Below are positions 15,554-23,049 of a stretch of DNA of 34,915 nucleotides, in pieces. Below the pieces are notes generated by a model, which had not been told where the DNA came from, did no database searches, and saw only the letters and a program-made list of their open reading frames with translations. How positions within the stretch are numbered: position 1 is the first letter of the stretch; every line of letters starts with the position of its first letter. The translations under genes were made by a program, and so were the position numbers. Source of the stretch: an uncultured Thermoplasmata archaeon (GTDB taxonomy: Archaea > Thermoplasmatota > Penumbrarchaeia > JAEHCK01 > CBDVCJ01); the NCBI GenBank assembly GCA_965372445.1, contig CBDVCJ010000002.1, positions 1 through 34,915 of the forward strand, in the 5' to 3' direction.

Positions 15554-16756
15554 ATGCTTAGCGATCAAGAGCCACAAGGGATAACATTGAACAAGTTTCG
15601 ATGTGTTAAATGTTTAACATGCTATCGCATCTGTCCTTTTGACGCTATACTTTTAAAAACTGATAAGGTCACGATCGATATTGATAAATGTCAGCTCTGT
15701 GGCATGTGTGCAAGTGCCTGCCCGGCTTATGCGATCGACACAATTTACTATGATACAGATACATTAATAGATCATATAAAAACCCAAAAGGAAAAACTTG
15801 GAACAGATACTTTGGTGTTAATGTGCCGGGGCAGCACGCCACCTTCCTGCGAGATTTTAGAGTTGCTAAAAGAGCACGAAGTCACGAGTTTCATTCCACT
15901 GCGTATACCATGCGTGGGGCGTGTGACAGTTGAGTTTTATCTACAGACGTCACTATTAGGCATTGAGAAATTCATTGTGATTCAATGTGACGACGCATCC
16001 TGCAGGATGAAAAACGGCAGCGATACCAGCATAAAGACCCAATACCGTTTCAAAGAGATCTTACAAGAGTTAGGTGGGGAAGACGACAGGATAATCTTGA
16101 TCCAAAACCCGTTAAAGGCCGAATATTTTACAGATAAATGTGTTGGCTGTGACAAATGTGTTTTCATCTGTCCTTACGAAGCAATAGTCGCCCAACCGCT
16201 TGCCACCCCCACGATCGACCCCGAAACTTGTAGAGGTTGTGGCGCTTGTGCGTTGGTCTGTCCGCATTTAGCGATAGAGCTGCGCGGGTTCGAATTCGAA
16301 ACTTCGGTCCAGGCACTTAAAGATATTAAGGCTGATATTGACTTGAAAACCCAAATTGATAAGCCGAAGCTGTTAGTTTTTTGCTGTCAATGGTCTGAAT
16401 ATTCTGCTCTTGATCAGATCAGTGAAGGCCAGGTCAAAGAAAATGTATCCTTAGTTGAGGTGCCTTGTGCAAATGGGTTGGATCCGGTGCAGGTTATCGA
16501 TGCACTCCAGCTTGGGTTTGACGGGGTGATGGCGTTTGTGTGCTCAAATGAAGATTGCAAATTAAAAGAGGGGCGGCAATCTGCCGAAGCTAACTTTTTT
16601 GCGCTAGCTGTGACTTTGAAAAAATTGGGACTTTCCGACAGGTTCGAGCTCTGCGAGACCTCACCAAGAGATCTTGACAATTTCAATTCAAAACTTGAAG
16701 CATTCATTACTAAACTCTCCGCACGATCGAAAACAAGTCCGGGTGGTGAACAATGA
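15554..16756 (+). CDS. polyferredoxin fused to two MvhD/FlpD-like domains (Fd-FlpD-Fd-FlpD)
   Basis: Two 2x[4Fe-4S] ferredoxin motif pairs: CVKCLTCYRICP/CQLCGMCASACP and CVGCDKCVFICP/CRGCGACALVCP. The C-terminal LLVFCCQWSEYSALD...VEVPCANGLDP...GFDGVMAFVCSNEDCKL matches the MvhD/FlpD pattern. An earlier degenerate copy is LVLMCRGS...IPCVGRV...IVIQCDDASCRM. Confidence 0.8.
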   Translation: MLSDQEPQGITLNKFRCVKCLTCYRICPFDAILLKTDKVTIDIDKCQLCGMCASACPAYAIDTIYYDTDTLIDHIKTQKEKLGTDTLVLMCRGSTPPSCEILELLKEHEVTSFIPLRIPCVGRVTVEFYLQTSLLGIEKFIVIQCDDASCRMKNGSDTSIKTQYRFKEILQELGGEDDRIILIQNPLKAEYFTDKCVGCDKCVFICPYEAIVAQPLATPTIDPETCRGCGACALVCPHLAIELRGFEFETSVQALKDIKADIDLKTQIDKPKLLVFCCQWSEYSALDQISEGQVKENVSLVEVPCANGLDPVQVIDALQLGFDGVMAFVCSNEDCKLKEGRQSAEANFFALAVTLKKLGLSDRFELCETSPRDLDNFNSKLEAFITKLSARSKTSPGGEQ

Positions 16757-17580
16757 CGTATAATATTGTAACGAAGCAGGAATTAGCACCGAAAATCAAG
16801 CTTATCGATATCGAGGCGCCGAGCGTTGCGAGAAAGGCGAAGCCAGGCCAGTTTGTAATTCTGCGGCTGGACCAGCGCGGCGAACGGTTCCCGCTCACAA
16901 TCGCAAACACCGACACCGCCAACGGAACTATCAGGGTGGTTTTTAACGAGGTAGGCAAAAGCTCGATACAGTTAGGTAAATTTGAAGTGGGAGATGCGAT
17001 CGAAAACCTAGTCGGGCCACTTGGAAAAGCCTCTGAAATAGAGAAATTCGGAAAAGTGTTATGCTTTGGCGGCGGGATCTTGACACCTGCACTTTGGTTT
17101 GTTGCAAAAGCGTTAAAAGACGCTGGAAATGATATTATAGGGGTGGTAGGCGCGAGAACTAAGGAGCTTTTAATTTTTAAAGACGAGATGCAAGCGCTCA
17201 GCACTGAATTCTATGTCGCCACCGACGACGGTTCCGAAGGTCACCAGGGACTTGAGTTCCTGCAAGAGATCTTGGAGCGCGCCAAGCTCGATCGGGCTAT
17301 CGTTATGAGTATTGCTGAAGCCACAATGAAAGCGGTTTGCGAATTGACAAAACCTTTTGAGATCAAGACCATCGTATCATTGGCACCTATCATGGTGGAC
17401 GGCACCGGCATGTGCGGGTGTTGTAGGGTTAATGTAAGCGGCGGCACCGAATTCGCATGTGTGGACGGCCCTGAATTCGATGGTCACGAAGTTGACTGGG
17501 ACTTGCTGATCTCGCGTAAACGCACGTATCTGCCAGAGGAAAGAATAGCTTCACTTATGTATGAAAGATCAATTGATTAG
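16753..17580 (+). CDS. NfnA/SudB-like subunit (FAD/NAD-binding, [2Fe-2S]) of ferredoxin:NADP oxidoreductase / sulfide dehydrogenase family
   Basis: PGQFVILR, RFPLTIA, GGGILTPAL and the C-terminal DGTGMCGCCRV motif. ATGA start/stop overlap with the upstream gene. Confidence 0.85.
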   Translation: MTYNIVTKQELAPKIKLIDIEAPSVARKAKPGQFVILRLDQRGERFPLTIANTDTANGTIRVVFNEVGKSSIQLGKFEVGDAIENLVGPLGKASEIEKFGKVLCFGGGILTPALWFVAKALKDAGNDIIGVVGARTKELLIFKDEMQALSTEFYVATDDGSEGHQGLEFLQEILERAKLDRAIVMSIAEATMKAVCELTKPFEIKTIVSLAPIMVDGTGMCGCCRVNVSGGTEFACVDGPEFDGHEVDWDLLISRKRTYLPEERIASLMYERSID

Positions 17581-17596
17581 AAATAAGGAGATAAAT

Positions 17597-18994
17597 ATGG
17601 CCAAGAAACTGAACTTGAACCGGGTTTCCATGCCCAAACAGACACCTGAGGACCGTGCAAAGAATTTTGATGAGGTTGCTTTGGGTTATACGGATAAGCA
17701 TGCCCAAGACGAATCGGAGCGTTGTATCCAATGTAAAAAGCCCAAATGTATAACTGGCTGCCCGGTTGAGGTTGATATCCCCGAGTTTATTCTCGCCTTA
17801 CGCGAGGGCGATCTGCCCGAGGCTGTGCGCTCGTTAAAAGACAAAAATGCGCTGCCAGGCATATGTGGAAGGGTCTGCCCGCAAGAGTCGCAATGTGAGG
17901 AAAAATGTATTTTAGCGAAAAAAGGCGCACCGGTAGCAATAGGGCGTTTGGAGCGCTATGTGGCGGATTGGGAATGCAGCCAAAATTTGGAAACTCAGAA
18001 ACCCGAGGTGGAGCCCACCGGCAAAAAGGTCGCGATCGTAGGGGCGGGCCCGGCAGGACTGACCGCAGCCGCAGATTTGGCGAGATTAGGTCATGAGGTC
18101 ACAATGTTCGAAGCTTTGCATGTGGCGGGTGGGGTGCTTATGTACGGTATACCCGAGTTCAGGCTGCCCAAGGCGATCGTGCAGGGCGAGGTCGAATTCG
18201 TTAGATCGTTAGGCGTGGACCTCAAGCTCGACGCAGTTATCGGTAAGATCGCATCTGTGGACGAATTGTTTAGTGAAGGCTACGATGCAATGTTCATTGG
18301 TACTGGTGCAGGGCTGCCGATGTTCATGAAGTTAGAAGGTGAGAACTTCAAAGGCATTTATTCGGCCAACGAGTTTCTAACTAGGATCAACTTGATGAAA
18401 GCCTATCTGTTCCCGGAATATGATACACCACTGCAGGTTGGTAATACGGTTTGCGTTATCGGCGGCGGAAATGTCGCTATGGACTCTGCAAGATGCTCTT
18501 TGAGGTTCGGAGCCGAAAAAGTGTACATTGTATATCGGCGCTCGCGCGAGGAGATGCCGGCCAGGCTCGAAGAGGTAGAGAACGCCGAAGAAGAAGGTGT
18601 GATTTTTAAGCTGCTGACCAACCCGACCCGTTTTTTCGGGAATGAACAAGGTTGGGTCACCCAAATGGAATGCATCGAGATGGAACTGGGCGAGCCTGAC
18701 GAGTCGGGTCGTAGAAGACCGATACCCAAAGAAGGCAGCGAATTTATACTGGATGTCGATACTGTGATAATCGCGATCGGCAATCGCCCGAACCCGTTAA
18801 TTCCAGCCACGACCGCAGATATCGAGACCACAAAATGGGGCACTGTCGTTGCCGACGAGGAGACCGGCAAGACCACCAAGGATGGTGTATATGCAGGCGG
18901 CGATATCGTTACGGGTGCCGCAACTGTTATTTCCGCGATGGGTGCTGGGAAAAGAGCGGCCAAGGCGATCCATGAGTTTTTATCGAAAAAGTGA
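17597..18994 (+). CDS. NfnB/SudA/GltD-like subunit (NADPH-dependent glutamate synthase small-chain family)
   Basis: The ATG at 17597 follows an AGGAG RBS. CIQCKKPKCITGCP and CGRVCPQESQCEEKC Fe-S motifs. VAIVGAGPAGL and VIGGGNVAMD dinucleotide folds. AGGDIVTG. Confidence 0.85.
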   Translation: MAKKLNLNRVSMPKQTPEDRAKNFDEVALGYTDKHAQDESERCIQCKKPKCITGCPVEVDIPEFILALREGDLPEAVRSLKDKNALPGICGRVCPQESQCEEKCILAKKGAPVAIGRLERYVADWECSQNLETQKPEVEPTGKKVAIVGAGPAGLTAAADLARLGHEVTMFEALHVAGGVLMYGIPEFRLPKAIVQGEVEFVRSLGVDLKLDAVIGKIASVDELFSEGYDAMFIGTGAGLPMFMKLEGENFKGIYSANEFLTRINLMKAYLFPEYDTPLQVGNTVCVIGGGNVAMDSARCSLRFGAEKVYIVYRRSREEMPARLEEVENAEEEGVIFKLLTNPTRFFGNEQGWVTQMECIEMELGEPDESGRRRPIPKEGSEFILDVDTVIIAIGNRPNPLIPATTADIETTKWGTVVADEETGKTTKDGVYAGGDIVTGAATVISAMGAGKRAAKAIHEFLSKK

Positions 18995-19023
18995 TGATAT
19001 TAAGCGCTATTTTTGCAGAATAA

Positions 19024-19031
19024 TTTTTTTT
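19024..19031 (+). terminator. oligo-T (T8) run downstream of the nfnB-like stop
   Basis: T8 run 30 nt after the stop at 18992-18994. A T5 run lies at 19010-19014. Confidence 0.4.
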
Positions 19032-19080
19032 ACCACCAGAAACTCGAAGTTATGATTGATCGAACTGCGAATGGTATCAA

Positions 19081-19250
19081 AGTTCGTGTTAGATTATTTT
19101 CAATAAAAAACCAACTACTGAGTCACAGAGTGCACAGAGCTATAACACAGAGATGGTGTGAAAAACTAATATTTTTTTTCTATGCAAATCTCTGTGCTCT
19201 CTGAGTCTCTATGGTTGGTTTAATTCAAATTATTTAAAAAAACACGAACT
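19081..19250. repeat. intergenic word palindrome (E5), CACAGAG words
   Basis: Outer ends agttcgtgtt (19081) and aacacgaact (19241). aaccaac...gagtcacagagtgcacagag versus ctctgtgctctctgagtctc...gttggtt. Confidence 0.8.
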
Positions 19251-19308
19251 ACCAGACGGGTTTCTTAACCGTAACCGTCAAAAAGCCCATGAGGGTTTTT
19301 GAGGGTGA

Positions 19309-19331
19309 GGTAAATTGCGAAGCAAATTACC
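19309..19331. other. near-perfect hairpin GGTAAATTGC-gaa-GCAAATTACC
   Basis: 9 of 10 stem pairs, with one A-A mismatch. Flanked by ccgtaacc on both sides. Preceded by the hairpin tcaaaaagccc-atga-gggtttttga. Confidence 0.55.
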
Positions 19332-19414
19332 GTAACCAAGATAGCAATTTTAAATTAAAACTTCGAACCTCTTGAGACAGTTAAGAGAAAAAATATTATC
19401 AGAGGTAATTGTTA

Positions 19415-19882
19415 TTATTTGGGATATGTGAGTTTACGACCCCTCTCCGCTTTATCATAAACCCCTTCGTACCAGGCTTGTTCGCCGACCAACGGCGGCT
19501 GGTCCCAATCCTTAAAGGCTTCGTTGATCGCGTCCGGCGGACAATTGATCGCGCAATACCCGCAATTTTCTATTCCCGGACATTTATCACGAGTAGAGTC
19601 AGTAAGCGCCGGCATCGCCATCCCTTCGAATTTTATGGCTTCAAACGGACAAACCTCTTTACATACCCCGCATCTGGAACACGCTGCCAAGAACGGTCCG
19701 ACATCAATATGATCAATGCGCTTCTGATAAAGCTCTTCGCCATCTTGAGTTGGTGAGCCTGAGCCGGGTATAGTTTCTGCTTTGATATTCTGCATTGTGG
19801 CATTCTGCATGCCGATCGAGATCAGACCTGCACCAGCGGTCACGCCTAGGACCTTTATGAACGAGCGTCGGGTTAGTGCCAA
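19415..19882 (-). CDS. Tat-signal 2x[4Fe-4S] ferredoxin-like protein
   Basis: TTG start preceded by an AGGTGA RBS. Twin-arginine motif TRRSFIK plus a hydrophobic region. CSRCGVCKEVCP and CPGIENCGYCAINCP cluster motifs. Confidence 0.75.
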   Translation of the reverse strand: MALTRRSFIKVLGVTAGAGLISIGMQNATMQNIKAETIPGSGSPTQDGEELYQKRIDHIDVGPFLAACSRCGVCKEVCPFEAIKFEGMAMPALTDSTRDKCPGIENCGYCAINCPPDAINEAFKDWDQPPLVGEQAWYEGVYDKAERGRKLTYPK

Positions 19883-19905
19883 TTATTTCACCTATTTCTT
19901 GTTAA

Positions 19906-20088
19906 GTCATGAGTCTTGGAGTATCGGAGCCTCGGAGTCTTCAGAGTCCTGAGTCCCCTTTTAGGTGGTAGGTGATAGGTAGTAGGGACGGTTGTCCTGG
20001 GTCCTGACTCCCGACTCCTAACTCCTGGGTCCGGAGTCCCGAAACTTTACTCCTTGGACTCCCTGGACTCTATTGACTCTTGACTGAG
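19906..20088. repeat. intergenic word palindrome (E6), GAGTC/GGAGT words
   Basis: gtcatgagtcttggagtatcggagcctcggagtcttcagagtcctgagtcccc versus gggtcctgactcccgactcctaactcctgggtccggagtccc...ggactccctggactc...gactcttgac. The centre contains aggtggtaggtgataggtagtaggg. Confidence 0.7.
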
Positions 20089-20589
20089 TCAGGGTTCATT
20101 TATCCATTGAATTGCATTATAGCCGCAAATTCTGAAGCATCTGCCGCAATGTATACATTTATCTTCATCTACAACAGGTATACTTTTTTCGCCAGAAGCC
20201 TCATATTTGGAAATTGCATCTACCGGGCAAATATCTTTACATGGCATTGTGCAAAATTTACTTTTAAGTGATTCGGAATAGACTATGCCCTTCGTGTCAT
20301 CGATCATATTTTCCGACACATGATAGGCACAGGCAGAGGTATTGATCTTGGGGAGACCGCCATCATTGAACGAGCCGCCGGTAGGGTTAGTGGATTTTTC
20401 GTATTCATCGGTGGTTGCCCAAATTATTTTACGGCCTGATGAAATTTCTACTGAAGAATATTCTTTAGTTATATCGGTGTCTGGCATATAAGAGAACGCA
20501 CCTAACCCCATGCCAATTATTGCACCAACACCTAGTATCCCTAGATGTTTGAGGAATTTACGCCGTTTCTCGTCCGTTTTGGGTGCCAT
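20089..20589 (-). CDS. Tat-signal (or signal-anchored) Fe-S cluster protein
   Basis: KRRKFLKHLGILGVGAIIGMGLGAF. CTMPCKDICP and CIHCGRCFRIC motifs. TAATG 1-nt overlap with the upstream gene. Confidence 0.7.
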   Translation of the reverse strand: MAPKTDEKRRKFLKHLGILGVGAIIGMGLGAFSYMPDTDITKEYSSVEISSGRKIIWATTDEYEKSTNPTGGSFNDGGLPKINTSACAYHVSENMIDDTKGIVYSESLKSKFCTMPCKDICPVDAISKYEASGEKSIPVVDEDKCIHCGRCFRICGYNAIQWINEP

Positions 20590-21185
20590 TATCTATACAC
20601 TCCATCTCCCTTAAGATCTCTAATATATTTTGTAACCCTGAGGTCAACAGGGCACATCGGTTCACAATTATTACACAATGGATCATAAAACGCCGCATCT
20701 TTAGCGCGCATCTCGTAAATTGTCTCGAGGTGCTCTGTACGATAATTTTTATCGAGCGCTTCTTCAACGGTTATCGGATCCCTTCTGTCCTTAACCCTAA
20801 CCTTGATATATTTATCGCGCTTGCGCAAGTTTTCCAAGGTTATCTGATGGTCTTGTTCACGGTCTATTATACCGTCTCCATCAGGGTCGCAAATGATACG
20901 ATTATATTTTTTCACATCGATCTGTGCTAACATCCTTTTATTGGGATTGCCGGTGCGTGCCGCAACTGCATAACCTGCAGGGTCGTAACCCCACGGGCAT
21001 TTAGCTGCACAGGCCCGACATTCATAACAAGTAATTGCATCGGGGTGACCTGAAGACGTCGCCATTACCGGTAAACTACCTAAAAACGCGCCTAACGTCA
21101 AAAATGCACCGACATTGAGTAATTTCCAGCCACCTTCCATGAATTCGCGTCGGTTAAGCTCAGGATGTTTATCGTCTTTTGCCAT
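20589..21185 (-). CDS. Tat-signal Fe-S protein with split CxxCxxCxxxCP ... CxxCxxxCP motifs
   Basis: The ATG at 21185 (MAKDDKHPELNRREFMEG) follows a GGGAGG RBS; the track start at 21254 is rejected. Hydrophobic region ending VMA-TS. CYECRACAAKCP and CNNCEPMCP. DPDGDGIID Ca-binding-like motif. Confidence 0.65.
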   Translation of the reverse strand: MAKDDKHPELNRREFMEGGWKLLNVGAFLTLGAFLGSLPVMATSSGHPDAITCYECRACAAKCPWGYDPAGYAVAARTGNPNKRMLAQIDVKKYNRIICDPDGDGIIDREQDHQITLENLRKRDKYIKVRVKDRRDPITVEEALDKNYRTEHLETIYEMRAKDAAFYDPLCNNCEPMCPVDLRVTKYIRDLKGDGVYR

Positions 21186-21280
21186 ACTTGCCTCCCTTTC
21201 TGAGGTTATTTTGGTAGTGGGGTAATTATAGTTATTAACTTTAAATCTTTTCATTTTTTGTGACGATTTAATTCATTAAA

Positions 21281-21814
21281 AGGATGGAGGATGGTGGCTG
21301 AAGGATGAGGGCTAATGAATTGTGAGCTTGCGGCAATTTTGTCATTATGTAGGATAGATACCCATCGCTACAATGCGTAGGATTGCTATCTATTTGCCAA
21401 ATTGCGTAGGTTTGTCAAAGTTCTAGCCATTGGGCGTGGGACTTGAATGCCTTTTGGTTGATTCGTTGGATTGTCCAATGGTTAATTTAATGCGTGCACA
21501 CTTTTTCTCGGTTGATTCGTGTGGTTATTATTTATTTGAGCAATCCAACACCTTCAGTAATCAAATGGCGCTCCCACGCATCAATCATTGGACGTTAAAT
21601 CCTACGCACAATGGTAAACTTAAGACAATCCTACGCCATCAGGCTATTATATGGCAATCCCACGCATTATGGCATGCCTAAAACAATCCTACACACGTTA
21701 GCAATGCAATAACAGTCCCACGAACTCTCACAACTTAAGCGACCTTTAGCATATTTTGCCAAAGCATCATCACATCTCATAACTTTATTGGCCTCCACCC
21801 TCGATCCTTCAACC
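21281..21814. repeat. ~530-nt mirrored array (E7): 7 boxes TGCGTRGGATT, AT-rich centre, 7 boxes AATCCYACGCA, ~29-nt spacing
   Basis: Left box starts: 21346, 21374, 21403, 21433, 21462, 21491, 21516. Right box starts: 21542, 21570, 21598, 21627, 21656, 21685, 21714. All pairs mirror about ~21535. Outer arms are aggatggaggatggtggctgaaggatgaggg and cctccaccctcgatccttcaacc. Confidence 0.85.
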
Positions 21815-22618
21815 TTTGGTCTTGCTTTTGGTCTTGCCCTTATTCTTGCCCTTATTCTTGCCCTTATTCTTGCCTTTATTCTCGCCTTTGAGCTCTTCCA
21901 ATATCTCATCCACAAATTTCTTAAAATCCTCAAATGAAAGTTCTTTATAGCCATCTTTTTGGGTTATTGTTGCTATTTCCAGCGACATAAAATCGATCTC
22001 ACCTTCGGTGGCTTTGTAAATACCACCCAACCCAAAAGATATAGCTTCCTTGAGACTCATGCCCTCTACATACAGCCCCTCGAGAAAAGGTAAGGCCAGG
22101 TCCCTGCCCGCCCCGATTGCGCCACCTTTATATTTCTTCAATGCACCGCTCGGGTCCGTCTCGTAGAGATGCTTGCCGCGGGAATCCAGCCCGCCGATTA
22201 TCAACGACGTCCCAAAAGGCCGTACTCCGCCGTATTGCGTATAAATCTGTTTCAAATCACTGATCTCCCTCGCCATATCTTTGACACTGATCCTCTCACC
22301 ATACCGAAGACGATATCTCTGGGCTACATTTCTTGCATAACTCACTAAAACTCTTGCATCGGCGACCAGCCCCGAGGAAGCACAGCCAATATTTTTGTCA
22401 ATTTTGAATATCTTATCAACAAAATCAGTCTCTATCAGTTTACTTGAGATCTTACGCTCGACAATCAATAAAATACCTTCATCATATATCAACCCAACAC
22501 AGATCATCCCCTTTTTTACTGCCTCACGTGCATATTCCACCTGGTACATCCTGCCGTCGGGCGAATATATGTGTATTGCCACATCGTAACGTTCTTCACC
22601 ATGGTCATCGTCAAGCAT
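21809..22618 (-). CDS. psmA: proteasome subunit alpha with a Lys/Gly/Asn-rich C-terminal repeat tail
   Basis: YDVAIHIYSPDGRMYQVEYAREAVKKG and the overall alpha-subunit pattern. The tail is ELKGENKGKNKGKNKGKNKGKTKSKTKG. Confidence 0.9.
   Translation of the reverse strand: MLDDDHGEERYDVAIHIYSPDGRMYQVEYAREAVKKGMICVGLIYDEGILLIVERKISSKLIETDFVDKIFKIDKNIGCASSGLVADARVLVSYARNVAQRYRLRYGERISVKDMAREISDLKQIYTQYGGVRPFGTSLIIGGLDSRGKHLYETDPSGALKKYKGGAIGAGRDLALPFLEGLYVEGMSLKEAISFGLGGIYKATEGEIDFMSLEIATITQKDGYKELSFEDFKKFVDEILEELKGENKGKNKGKNKGKNKGKTKSKTKG
21812..21892 (-). repeat. 12-nt tandem repeat (cttgcccttatt-type) encoding the (KGKN)n tail of PsmA
   Basis: cttgcccttattcttgcccttattcttgcccttattcttgcctttattctcgcc, read directly. 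Abuts the right arm of element E7. Confidence 0.85.
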
Positions 22619-22672
22619 ATTAGAAAAGGGTAAGAACTAAAGGGGTACTTAAAGATGACTTTGTATTTTGAA

Positions 22673-23018
22673 GATAGGTTATAGGATTTAGGATATAGGA
22701 TATGAATATAGGGACATTGCTGACATAATTGTCAAAGGTCAAAGGTCCAAATCGGGATACGGGAATCGGGATACGGGATTCGATTTATCAATGTATAACG
22801 TAAGAAACCCCGTTCTTTAGGACGGGGAGTTGAAGTCGAGAAAATGGCAGGTCAGATTTTGCATTAAAAGGCGATTGGCTCTGTCCTTTAGGATAGATGT
22901 ATAGATCGTATCATAAAAATGTAATCGAATCCCGAGAAAGGCTTTCGACCTTGGACACTACGACAAATGATATGCCTATTACCTATCTCCTACCACCTAA
23001 ATCCTAACTCCTGACCCC
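22673..23018. repeat. intergenic nested word palindrome (E8)
   Basis: gataggttataggatttaggatataggatatgaatataggg versus cctattacctatctcctaccacctaaatcctaactcctgacccc. gtcaaaggtcaaaggtcc versus cgaccttggac. aatcgggatacgggaatcgggatacgggattcga versus tcgaatcccgag. Central hairpin ccccgt-tctttagg-acgggg. Confidence 0.8.
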
Positions 23019-23049
23019 TAAAATAGATCAATTATTCCCAGTTTGGGAT

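Noticed and set aside
16710-18963. Minus-strand ORFs of 164 aa (16710..17204) and 186 aa (18403..18963)
   Set aside because: They lie antisense to the well-supported nfnA-like and nfnB-like genes and show Ser/Pro/Ala-rich shadow composition.
18993-19060. GTGATGA just after the nfnB-like stop, considered as a possible C box of a C/D box sRNA
   Set aside because: I found no matching D box (CTGA) and no C'/D' arrangement at the expected spacing.
21346-21724. Regularly spaced repeats (~29-nt period) that might be read as a CRISPR array
   Set aside because: The repeat boxes are only 11 nt with ~18-nt spacers. The array is mirrored (inverted halves) rather than unidirectional. No cas genes or leader are present.
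21281-21814. The mirrored boxes flanking an AT-rich centre interpreted as a replication origin (ORB/DUE-like)
   Set aside because: Kept only as one hypothesis within the finding. The AT-rich centre is very short (~15 nt) and no orc1/cdc6 gene is adjacent. The same palindromic architecture, with other words, occurs in almost every spacer of this window.
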